DNA of 64,000 nucleotides, from the sequence record NC_023610.1. The stretch is one strand, 5' to 3'. The notes under the pieces were generated by a model. It saw nothing but the letters and a program-made list of their open reading frames with translations, was not told where the DNA came from and did not search any database. A program made the translations under genes and the position numbers. Shown here piece by piece: positions 43,553-51,913 of this stretch. Numbering within the stretch: position 1 is the first letter of the stretch; each line of letters begins with the position of its first letter.

Positions 43553-43916
43553 TTACCGTTCCTTTATCGACTAACTTCAGGCGACATTGCTTCGCCCGAA
43601 TTTCACTTTCAATGTTGAGACGTAATTCGTCGAGGTAACTTAGTGTCTCCGTGCGCATATCCAGCGGCAGGTTAGACACGATGTGATGCAGGTGTTCGTC
43701 CATTTTATCCGGGGTGGTATAATGCACGAGAAGAATCTGGGCTAAGGTGACGGCTCCAATCTTGTCACTGTACTTGGTGCTCTGTTGTTCCAGGTCCCGT
43801 AACAACTCGAGGTCTTCAATGATGAAGCGGTACTCTTCGTTCTGTTCGATTAGCTGTAACTTGTCACCAAAGATGAGTGCGATGAGTTTATGCCACCATG
43901 TCTTACGTTTTGCCAT
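43545..43916 (-). CDS. Hypothetical protein
   Basis: 123 aa, SD GGAGG. Confidence 0.7.
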   Translation of the reverse strand: MAKRKTWWHKLIALIFGDKLQLIEQNEEYRFIIEDLELLRDLEQQSTKYSDKIGAVTLAQILLVHYTTPDKMDEHLHHIVSNLPLDMRTETLSYLDELRLNIESEIRAKQCRLKLVDKGTVND

Positions 43917-43964
43917 GCTTCCTCCAACGGATTCTTTTTGACCCTATAACTGAGTCTTTGATTT

Positions 43965-43996
43965 AAAAAATAAAATAAAGGGGCCGTTAGGCCCCT
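43965..43996 (-). terminator. Intrinsic terminator
   Basis: AGGGGCC/GGCCCCT stem plus U tract. Confidence 0.75.
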
Positions 43997-44310
43997 CTCT
44001 TCAGACTGGCTAACCATGCATCCTGTTTAGCGCACATCCGGTGGCCCAGACGGTCGTACTCGTTCTGCATGATATCGTACCAGTTCTGAACCGGCTGACG
44101 GTCCAACAGTTGACGGAAGAACTCTTCATGTTTGATGAGGTCATCGCCCTGTTGTGCGTACAACAAGTTCAGTGCCTGGTCCAGGTTGTGCGGACGGCCG
44201 AAGCGGTGAACTTGTTCCATGTAGCGTAGCGCCATGGTCCGTTCTTCCTCTTCCACACACAACCCAATCTTCCACATCCGGGTTTTCTTATCCCACTTCG
44301 AATGGAACAT
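43987..44310 (-). CDS. Hypothetical protein
   Basis: 107 aa, SD AAGGAG. Confidence 0.7.
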   Translation of the reverse strand: MFHSKWDKKTRMWKIGLCVEEEERTMALRYMEQVHRFGRPHNLDQALNLLYAQQGDDLIKHEEFFRQLLDRQPVQNWYDIMQNEYDRLGHRMCAKQDAWLASLKRGA

Positions 44311-44326
44311 GGTGATACTCCTTAGT

Positions 44327-44938
44327 TTAATTCATAGGAGTGGTGAAGTGTTTTATTACCGCCTCCGCTCGGCGTTTGAATTCTTCAGGGGTGTCCGCAT
44401 TAAGAATAGGCTCCACAATCTTACCCACAAACTTCGAGTCCAGCTGTTTTGCCTTGTACCAGTCGATGAGTGCTCCGGCCAGAATCTTCTTGCGGTAGCT
44501 GTGGATATAATCCCGCGAAGCTTCCTGGAAGAACGTCCGTACATCTTCCAGTTCAATGATAGCCGGGACAATCTTATCTTCGTTAGTTCGCACCCGGTTG
44601 AGGGAGGCGACGGTTTTGTCAATGAGGCTGTTAAGCTCTTTGTCAAAGTCCTCCCCTTCCAGGTTGAGGTTACCGAACTCACGCCAAGTTTTCTCCCACC
44701 AATCGTTCACACCTTCCAACTTACCGATGTTGTACATGACCACCATCCCGACATTCACTGCCCCTGCACGGAAGATGCGACCAGTTCCGTTTGGACTGAA
44801 GTCTTTCAGGCTGGAGAAGACGGTGTCGTGAAACTCGGGGTCCTGCCATTCATCAGTGATGAACTTGCGCAAGGTGTTGACCAGCAGTTGGTTGTGGAAC
44901 TCCTTTTCCACCGGGTCAAGTTTGTAATATTTCATCAT
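44327..44938 (-). CDS. Hypothetical protein
   Basis: 203 aa, ATGA overlap. Confidence 0.7.
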   Translation of the reverse strand: MMKYYKLDPVEKEFHNQLLVNTLRKFITDEWQDPEFHDTVFSSLKDFSPNGTGRIFRAGAVNVGMVVMYNIGKLEGVNDWWEKTWREFGNLNLEGEDFDKELNSLIDKTVASLNRVRTNEDKIVPAIIELEDVRTFFQEASRDYIHSYRKKILAGALIDWYKAKQLDSKFVGKIVEPILNADTPEEFKRRAEAVIKHFTTPMN

Positions 44939-45156
44939 TTCTCCGTCAACTTGCGTAGCGTCCTGATACGGTCTTCCAGAGCGACGATTTCCATCTCGGC
45001 GTAATTCCCCAGGTACGTTTTCAATGCACGTCGAACCATCCGGGTCTGACTGACCTCCCCGGTAAGTTCCATGAGCTGCTTGAATTCCTCTGGGGTAATT
45101 TCATCGGGCGGAACGTCCTCGATTAACCGTATTTCAAAACGGTCCTTTGTGCTCAT
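44935..45156 (-). CDS. Ribbon-helix-helix (CopG-like) protein
   Basis: FEIRL strand followed by FKQLMELTGEVSQTRMVRRALKTYL. Confidence 0.55.
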   Translation of the reverse strand: MSTKDRFEIRLIEDVPPDEITPEEFKQLMELTGEVSQTRMVRRALKTYLGNYAEMEIVALEDRIRTLRKLTEK

Positions 45157-45569
45157 TGTGTTGCCACCCCGCTACTGATGTTCCCCTTGTACGTCAGGGT
45201 GCGTTTCCCATCCGGTTTCAATACGTGCTCGTACTGGAGCTCTTCCCCGGTATTCCACAGCACACGGATGACGGTAGGGGTGTGGTCATCATGGCGACAC
45301 TGGGCTGCAATCAACGCCCAGTGTGTTAAGTCCAACGGACGGTTCGTGTACAACACCATTGTTGGGAATTTACCCGGTACCCGGTTTGCTTCAGGGACGT
45401 CTTTGTTGTCAATGGCCAGCAGTAGATACTCCCCACCCGCTATAACGTCTCCCCATCCCTGCGTGACGCTCCAGAACGGAAACACTATCCCCGCTGTCGT
45501 CACGATAAGGTGTGCCTCTACCCCCTGGTCGTCCACCGGGAATCTTTCGTTGGTTTTCTTCATGCACAT
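45153..45569 (-). CDS. Hypothetical protein
   Basis: 138 aa, coupled overlaps. Confidence 0.65.
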   Translation of the reverse strand: MCMKKTNERFPVDDQGVEAHLIVTTAGIVFPFWSVTQGWGDVIAGGEYLLLAIDNKDVPEANRVPGKFPTMVLYTNRPLDLTHWALIAAQCRHDDHTPTVIRVLWNTGEELQYEHVLKPDGKRTLTYKGNISSGVATQ

Positions 45570-45913
45570 TAACCTGTAATAGGTGATGGTAAGTTACTGC
45601 CTTCGCCGGGAAGGTCACCTTCGTATTGTTCAATGTGGTTTATCAGTTGTTCAAACCACTCCTCTATTTTGCGGGTATCAAAGACGTGCCAATCTTTACT
45701 GCGAAGAGAACGGTTGTACGCCTCTTTCGCAGCCTCACGGAGTCCGGTTACCAGCATACGAGGGTTAGGGTAATGAACGGATACCGAACAGTCCCGGTTG
45801 ATGGTAAAGCGAATATCGTCCACCGGGTCGAACAGAGTGGGTACCTTCATACGTACGTAGTCGAGGTAAAGATAGGTGAACGGGGTACGGTACTCGAACT
45901 CCTGTCCACTCAT
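45569..45913 (-). CDS. Hypothetical protein
   Basis: ATG45913 overlapping the upstream TGA. Confidence 0.65.
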   Translation of the reverse strand: MSGQEFEYRTPFTYLYLDYVRMKVPTLFDPVDDIRFTINRDCSVSVHYPNPRMLVTGLREAAKEAYNRSLRSKDWHVFDTRKIEEWFEQLINHIEQYEGDLPGEGSNLPSPITG

Positions 45914-46209
45914 GGCTTCTCCCACCCTTTGTCATTACGGCGTGTGACTACCCAGGTTAAGACTTTCATTGCCCAAGCGTGCAATTCATCCAGGGTAGCG
46001 TCCCCAGAGGTTTCCGTCACTACCTTGCTCACGAGTACCAATGCGTCTTCGTAGTTCTGTGGAGCGAACTCTACGTAACTTCCGCGTAAGACGAAGGTGT
46101 TCTCGGGAATGTTGCGATGCGTCAGGTATTGCGTTTCACCTTTAGCCATATCGCGTACTGAGTGGGGTACAATGATAGGGATAACGATTCCGTAATTAGC
46201 GTGTAACAT
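45910..46209 (-). CDS. Hypothetical protein
   Basis: 99 aa, SD AGGAG. Confidence 0.7.
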   Translation of the reverse strand: MLHANYGIVIPIIVPHSVRDMAKGETQYLTHRNIPENTFVLRGSYVEFAPQNYEDALVLVSKVVTETSGDATLDELHAWAMKVLTWVVTRRNDKGWEKP

Positions 46210-46269
46210 GATTCTCTCCTGAATAAGGTTTTTTATTGAATGGTTAATTTAATTAGTTTGAAATTTTTC

Positions 46270-46517
46270 GAGTGATTAGTCTCTCACTCTGAAAGAAGGA
46301 TAGAGTACTAGCGTACTCACTCAGTACCCTCTAATGATTACTCGTATTCACTCGCAATCATACGGGTACTAGTTAACAGCACAAAAGCCCCTACGGGCCT
46401 TTTGGCTGGAAGTTCAAAACAATGCACCCCACCGTAAAAAATAACCGTTGTACGATGGAATACCTATCGAAACACCCCTTTTCAGAGATGTTCGATAAAT
46501 ATAATAAGTCAGAGTGA
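46270..46517. repeat. TCACTC/GAGTGA repeat cluster with nested inverted repeats
   Basis: TCACTC at 46284, 46317 and 46348; GAGTGA at 46270 and 46512; next to an AT-rich tract. Confidence 0.5.
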
Positions 46518-46530
46518 CCAAATCGTGAAA

Positions 46531-47178
46531 TTACTGTTCGAGGACTGGAGGCTCCGGTGAAGCACTTGGTTCGATGTACTTCAACGTGATGTCAATCATG
46601 CGACGGAACTCCGTCCATGACACCGCCTGATGTAGAATTCCGTCCATCAGTTTGTGGATGTAGTAATCATCGAACTCACCACTCTCCACGTACTTAGCGA
46701 TTTGTTCTTCCAATACTCGCTGAGCACTTTCAACCCGCACCATGTCGATTAACGTTTTGATACGGGTGTTGATGTACGACAGGTTAATTAGCAACTGGAA
46801 CAGCGGTTGGTCGTCCCCGCCACTTTCGTGGAAGTTGATGGCTTCCCAGATTAACTTCACGCCCCGGTCAACCAACACCTTCACCGCAGGCAAGGTGACC
46901 ATCTGTCCCCGCTCCAGTTCTTGCTCAACCAGTTCACGCAACATGTCGATACGTTCCATGGCCTGAGGTTGTTCATCAGCCAGTTCTTTGTAGCATTCGG
47001 CAGCTTTGCTGTAGAACTCTTCCAGGATAGCACGAATACGTTCCGGTGGGACCACCATCTCGTTTATCGCTTCATCATCACCCTGCCAAACAACCCCTAC
47101 CCCTACCAGTATCCAACGTAGGCGGTCATTGAAGCGACGTTTCGCATCTTCGCTAAACTCGTAATAACTTCTGTCCAT
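46531..47178 (-). CDS. Hypothetical helical protein
   Basis: 215 aa, SD AGGAG. Confidence 0.7.
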   Translation of the reverse strand: MDRSYYEFSEDAKRRFNDRLRWILVGVGVVWQGDDEAINEMVVPPERIRAILEEFYSKAAECYKELADEQPQAMERIDMLRELVEQELERGQMVTLPAVKVLVDRGVKLIWEAINFHESGGDDQPLFQLLINLSYINTRIKTLIDMVRVESAQRVLEEQIAKYVESGEFDDYYIHKLMDGILHQAVSWTEFRRMIDITLKYIEPSASPEPPVLEQ

Positions 47179-47207
47179 ATACGCTCCTGTAAAGCGCTGT
47201 AGGCGTT

Positions 47208-47240
47208 TAAAAAAGAAAAGGTGGGGAAAGACCCACCTTT
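47208..47240 (-). terminator. Intrinsic terminator
   Basis: AAAGGTGGG/CCCACCTTT stem plus U tract. Confidence 0.8.
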
Positions 47241-47247
47241 GATGTTG

Positions 47248-48279
47248 TTACGGGTGAATCTTTTCCCAGAGCTCCTGGTGAGCTTTGATTTCGAGGTGGT
47301 TAAGGTACTGTAATGTTCCTTTACGCACTCCCTGGTAGATATTCACGTAATCGAAGTCGTAGTACGCTTCCAGCAGGATGGTGACTGAAGGAGATTTTTC
47401 CTGAATCTCCTTGTGTTTACGGTAGACGCCACGCACGTGCTGGAAGAAAGCATCACGTACACCGTCCAGGGTTTCCTTCAGACTGCACGCGAACAGCTGG
47501 TACAACGCCACATGTACATCACGCCATGGGGTCAGGTCACCGTGACCAATGGCTGTCAGACAGAAGCGGCGAGCATCGTCGTATTTGAGCGCCATGGCCA
47601 CATGACCAACCTTCTCCTGCTCTGTCCAGAACCAGTCTGGGGTTTCGGTCTGCGCATGTTCGAAGAACGACACCACGAGTTCAGGTGCATCGCCGGAATA
47701 CTGGATGTGGTCAACTGCCAAACTTTTACGCAGGTCTTTTACCTTATGGACGGCTTCGTTGAAGAGACCTAACCACGGACTGAGCCCATTGGTCTTACCG
47801 GGTTCCGATGATGCGAAGACCGGCAGTTCCAGGTCGGCGAGGAAAGAGCGTAACGCCAGAATTTCTATCAACAGCGGACGCTCAGGGATACCTTCTACAC
47901 CGTGGTCACCCAGGTAGTAGTTTGCCTCCACCTTCACGCTCATGTGAGAAACCGTGTAGTTGATGTCGCTATCGCCGCCTAGCGTCAGTACCCCGTCTTT
48001 GTTGATGAGTTGCAGCGTACCGTACCCACCGTCTAACTCTAGGTACAACGTGAAGTCTTTGTTGAGGTCCGCTTTCGCCATGTCCTCATCGGACAGTGGG
48101 CAGTCGATGCTTTCGTTAACCTTCCAGTCCAGGGAGATAGTGTCGACGGTAATCTTCTGAAGCTGGTCGAGAGAGTGATAACCCTTCTCGGAGATTTCGC
48201 GACGCCACTCACAGCGGTCGTCAACGAAGGTCAGGTAAATTTCTTGTACGTCTTTGTTGGTTGCGAAAAGTGAAGTCAT
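47248..48279 (-). CDS. Hypothetical protein
   Basis: 343 aa, SD GGAGG. Confidence 0.75.
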   Translation of the reverse strand: MTSLFATNKDVQEIYLTFVDDRCEWRREISEKGYHSLDQLQKITVDTISLDWKVNESIDCPLSDEDMAKADLNKDFTLYLELDGGYGTLQLINKDGVLTLGGDSDINYTVSHMSVKVEANYYLGDHGVEGIPERPLLIEILALRSFLADLELPVFASSEPGKTNGLSPWLGLFNEAVHKVKDLRKSLAVDHIQYSGDAPELVVSFFEHAQTETPDWFWTEQEKVGHVAMALKYDDARRFCLTAIGHGDLTPWRDVHVALYQLFACSLKETLDGVRDAFFQHVRGVYRKHKEIQEKSPSVTILLEAYYDFDYVNIYQGVRKGTLQYLNHLEIKAHQELWEKIHP

Positions 48280-48860
48280 TTGGTTTCCTCCTGAGGAATG
48301 ATTTGTTCGACACGAACGATTTTAATGGTTTCTTTGGCGAAGACTCGCCACTCCGTCGTGTACATGGAAGCAGCATTGCCGCCGTACGCCGCCCCGTCAA
48401 AGCCTGCTGCGATTAACTTAGTAACCTCTTCAGGGTCGTCGTAGAACGGGTAGGCTTGGAAGTAGAGTTCCTCCAGTCGGTCCGGGTAACGGTCCAACCA
48501 TTGGTCAATCGTGTGGTTCGGGTACTGCGCAAATTCCGATACGGTCATGTCTTCCCAGAGGTTGGTGTTGACAATCCACTCTTTGAACTTGCGGGCAATA
48601 CGTAGGGCTTCGGTACGCCCGAGTTTAGCTTCAACCTCACCTAACTCCAGGAAGGGGTCAGTCGGGGTATTCTGGAAAAAGTTCTTGCAGTCGAGAGTGG
48701 CAACGACGATGCGTGGGTTCTCGACTTGCCCCAACGCATCCAGCGGATGGATGGCGTAGTAGTGAGCGGTGGGTCGATGGTTACTGAAGGTCCATGACGC
48801 CAACCGCTTGTCTAAGACGTCTCCCGCACCGTAAATGCCGCGAAAGAATTCTGTGGTCAT
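48276..48860 (-). CDS. ADP-ribosyltransferase-fold protein (R-S-E-like)
   Basis: FFRG, SWTFS..TAHYYA and GFDG...TTEWRVF..IK. Confidence 0.55.
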   Translation of the reverse strand: MTTEFFRGIYGAGDVLDKRLASWTFSNHRPTAHYYAIHPLDALGQVENPRIVVATLDCKNFFQNTPTDPFLELGEVEAKLGRTEALRIARKFKEWIVNTNLWEDMTVSEFAQYPNHTIDQWLDRYPDRLEELYFQAYPFYDDPEEVTKLIAAGFDGAAYGGNAASMYTTEWRVFAKETIKIVRVEQIIPQEETK

Positions 48861-49516
48861 TGTGCTTTAAGACTCCCGCCTGTTTTGCTGGCCCCGGCCT
48901 GCACTTGTTGTTCTTTGCGCAGGTAAACCATTTCGAGGTTGAAATGATAAACCGCATTGTTCAGAATCGCCCGTAACCCCGTCAGGGTTTTAGCGCTGTT
49001 AATTTGGTCAACCAGATAATCGCGATGATGCGGGTCGAATTCCTGGAACGCAACTTCTTGTCCCAGACGTTTGTGAATGTCGTGTACCACAGCGTTCAGT
49101 GCGTATTTCTCTTGTACTTCTTTGTAGTGCACTTCGTAGATATCGCGGACCGCATCGAGTAAAGCCTTCAGACGGTCAGACCCGCCCACGATGAACAGTT
49201 GGTGTTCCACATCCCGCACGAACTCGGAGATGAAATCCACCATCTGACTTTCAACCGCCAGAAAATCAGGGAGTATGATGTCTCGCCAGTTCTGACTGTT
49301 TTTCAACATCCCTTCTAACCAGACTTGTTCCGAACGCTCAGTCTCGGCAACCAGTCCCGGAAGACGCGCCGCGAGATTGGATTGGAGGCTGGCAACCATT
49401 GGTTTGTTCAGTGCGGTTGTTTTTGCCCGTTCAGTCAGGTTCAACAGGTCCTGCATGGTGGCTGCTGCCATCTGAACGTAAATGAGCTTCTTCTTGTTGT
49501 CGAAGTTGTTGTACAT
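48857..49516 (-). CDS. Hypothetical helical protein
   Basis: ATG49516 with SD AGGAG. Confidence 0.7.
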   Translation of the reverse strand: MYNNFDNKKKLIYVQMAAATMQDLLNLTERAKTTALNKPMVASLQSNLAARLPGLVAETERSEQVWLEGMLKNSQNWRDIILPDFLAVESQMVDFISEFVRDVEHQLFIVGGSDRLKALLDAVRDIYEVHYKEVQEKYALNAVVHDIHKRLGQEVAFQEFDPHHRDYLVDQINSAKTLTGLRAILNNAVYHFNLEMVYLRKEQQVQAGASKTGGSLKAQ

Positions 49517-49531
49517 TACTTTTTTCTCCTG

Positions 49532-49571
49532 AATAAAAGAATACACTCCAGGTCCCCGAAGGAACCTGGAG
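49532..49571 (-). terminator. Probable intrinsic terminator
   Basis: CTCCAGGT/ACCTGGAG stem followed by U-rich sequence on the minus strand. Confidence 0.55.
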
Positions 49572-49596
49572 GCATAAGGTTTATGTCCGTCGTAAA

Positions 49597-49998
49597 TTAT
49601 GACTTACGATTCTGATGAGCAGCGATACCGTTGACAATGCGTTTCAACGCGTCGACCGTGTCGTTCCACTTGCGGTACAATTCGCTGGCGTGACCGAATT
49701 CAGGGAACGCGTTGATTTCGATTTCCATCGCACGCATCACCCCTTTGAAGTCATGGTGGTCGAACATGGATGGCCAGGTAGACACGACATGGGATTTGAC
49801 GGTCTGGTACTGCATCCCCGCTTTGGAGGCTTTCATTTCCCCGACGGTTGGAAGACGCACTTTATCCAAATAGTCAGTAAGCTCGGACAAAGGTGCTTCG
49901 GTTTGCTTATTCAAAAGCTTGATAAGTTTTTCTTTATGCTCATCGTCGAGTTCTTCGATTAGGCCCACGATGACATCGTATATTTTTTCTTGTTTCAT
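49597..49998 (-). CDS. Hypothetical protein, tandem paralog A
   Basis: 133 aa; C-terminus KWNDTVDALKRIV. Confidence 0.7.
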   Translation of the reverse strand: MKQEKIYDVIVGLIEELDDEHKEKLIKLLNKQTEAPLSELTDYLDKVRLPTVGEMKASKAGMQYQTVKSHVVSTWPSMFDHHDFKGVMRAMEIEINAFPEFGHASELYRKWNDTVDALKRIVNGIAAHQNRKS

Positions 49999-50033
49999 GT
50001 TTACTCCGATAGGGGTCCATGGACCCCGGGTTA

Positions 50034-50429
50034 TTAGTTAGTGTTTTGTTTACGTAAGCAGCGACCAGCCTGAACTATCTTGATGAGATGTCCGATGTAG
50101 CTGTTCCATTGCTTTGAGTAGTAGTGCTGACTGCGGTACCACGGATAACGTTCAGGTAGCCAGTCCATGAATTTCGTAATGGCCTCTCTGAATTCAAAGT
50201 CTTCAAAGAGTGGGATATGGGTCATCTTGAAGAGTCCAATGGACACCTTTAAGAAGTTCTTCTTCACATCGTTCCTGGACATCGGCTCCGATGAAAGATG
50301 TTGACGCAAGAAACCAATGACTTCTTGCTGTGGGTCAAACGTCCCTTGAATCGCAAGAATGATTTCTTTGCGTTCTTCGATACTGTACAGACTGAGTGCT
50401 TCAATTATCTCTTTATATTTTTCCGTCAT
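50034..50429 (-). CDS. Hypothetical protein, tandem paralog B
   Basis: ATG50429 with SD GGAGG; C-terminus QWNSYIGHLIKIV. Confidence 0.7.
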   Translation of the reverse strand: MTEKYKEIIEALSLYSIEERKEIILAIQGTFDPQQEVIGFLRQHLSSEPMSRNDVKKNFLKVSIGLFKMTHIPLFEDFEFREAITKFMDWLPERYPWYRSQHYYSKQWNSYIGHLIKIVQAGRCLRKQNTN

Positions 50430-50495
50430 AAATACCTCCAATGGTGTTACGGATTATTGTTGTAGTGGAAGGCATAAGTACACCTTCTCATGCTG

Positions 50496-50503
50496 ATAAT
50501 ATA
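50496..50503 (-). promoter_or_regulatory. Early-promoter variant TATATTAT
   Basis: AGGTCTATATT context shared with the 38169 promoter. Confidence 0.55.
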
Positions 50504-50529
50504 GACCTTTCCTCACTTTAAAACGGGTT

Positions 50530-51750
50530 GTGAATATGGCCATTCGTGACGTTTTCTTGCGCCTCTCCCGCGTCCAGAGCTTCGACAAGAAGTTCGCCAA
50601 TCGGGTGAAAGCGTTTTACAATGGGTTCATTAACAAGAACCCTGAACATTCCGGCTTCTTCGGTTCCGGTTTATTAGCCGTGCACCGTCTGCGTTGGACA
50701 GACCAGGAAACCGGGAACTGGTTCGATGACATCCTGGAAGGCGACCGTGATGAAATCCAGGAAGCCCTCTGGGAACTGGATAGCGTTGACCGAAACCACA
50801 TCGTGGCCTCTGACGCCCTGAACCTCAGTGTGATTTATCTGGTCCACCGGACACTGACCAGCAAGGCACTGAACGCCAAAGAACAACATGAGTGCGCGGT
50901 ACACCTCATCAGTATCCTGCACTTCAAGTACATCTCCAGTATTCTCACCAACTACTTCCAGTATCAGTCTGACCCCCAGATTGCGCTGCGTACGTACGAG
51001 GCGATGAACTTCAAGTTTGACCTGAAGGTCCTGAAGACGTGGGGTAATCTGATTCACGCCCGCGCCGAAAGCATCATTGCCAAATCCGGTATCCACTACA
51101 AAACCTTCATCGCCTTTGCTGACGACGAAGATATCCAGTATGCGGTTACCGACCCACAGACCCGTATCCGTGTGGTGATTAAGAAACTCACTGCTCTGTA
51201 TTACGAAGTCCGTGCCGATGATGGGCGGGTTGCTTCCGTCTCCAGCATGGTGGAAGTGGACGGGGAACTGGAAGTGCGTGACATGACGCGTACCCTCAGT
51301 ACGTACAGTCGATACCTGAAGGAAATCATCGTTGACGGTCCATCCTTTGTTCGCCTCGAACTGGTGAACACCGTAGCAGGGATGAACCCGTCCATGACCC
51401 CCAGTGCGTTCGTGCAAACCTTGAACTGGGTATCGGCGAACTACCAGGCTAACCCAAAAGCCAAGTTACCAGAGTTTGTGGATAAGGTGCTGGAGTTTGC
51501 GTTTGACCTGATTAAGGAGAAGGGGATTGATTCCCGTAACCTGGTTGCGGTCTCCGAAGTCCTGAAGGGGATTATCAACGCCTCCCGTAACAAAGAGAAA
51601 GACGTCCTGTACCTGCGTAACGAAGGCGACAAGATTGTTCGGACAGCGACCGGACGTAAGAGTCCAACACCTGTATCCGGGGAACGTACCGGGTTGATTC
51701 TTTACTTGGTGCTTAGGGCGATGACGGTGAACTACTTCAAGAAACGCTAA
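50530..51750 (+). CDS. Conserved phiKZ-like protein, probably virion-associated
   Basis: 406-aa plus-strand ORF near the terminase module; function not recognised. Confidence 0.55.
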   Translation: MNMAIRDVFLRLSRVQSFDKKFANRVKAFYNGFINKNPEHSGFFGSGLLAVHRLRWTDQETGNWFDDILEGDRDEIQEALWELDSVDRNHIVASDALNLSVIYLVHRTLTSKALNAKEQHECAVHLISILHFKYISSILTNYFQYQSDPQIALRTYEAMNFKFDLKVLKTWGNLIHARAESIIAKSGIHYKTFIAFADDEDIQYAVTDPQTRIRVVIKKLTALYYEVRADDGRVASVSSMVEVDGELEVRDMTRTLSTYSRYLKEIIVDGPSFVRLELVNTVAGMNPSMTPSAFVQTLNWVSANYQANPKAKLPEFVDKVLEFAFDLIKEKGIDSRNLVAVSEVLKGIINASRNKEKDVLYLRNEGDKIVRTATGRKSPTPVSGERTGLILYLVLRAMTVNYFKKR

Positions 51751-51835
51751 TGGTATGTTCATTGTAGCTGAACATGGATTGGGAGTTCAGGCCCGACCCA
51801 CTAGATTGACGCGCAATTTAAGCGGATAATTTTCC

Positions 51836-51870
51836 ACGAGGGCCTTCGGGTCCTCGTTTTTTTTCTTTTT
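51836..51870 (+). terminator. Intrinsic terminator (cUUCGg loop)
   Basis: ACGAGGGCC-TTCG-GGTCCTCGT plus a long T tract. Confidence 0.85.
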
Positions 51871-51884
51871 TGTTTCGAGAGGGC

Positions 51885-51910
51885 AAAAAAAAGTGCCGGT
51901 TTCCCGGCAC
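51885..51910 (-). terminator. Intrinsic terminator
   Basis: GTGCCGG/CCGGCAC stem plus U8 tail. Confidence 0.8.
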
Positions 51911-51913
51911 CGG

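Noticed and set aside
19816-43996. Recurring AGGGG..CGAAG..CCCCT sequences as a possible repeat family or mobile element
   Set aside because: These are ordinary GC-stem cUUCGg or GNRA intrinsic terminators at gene ends.
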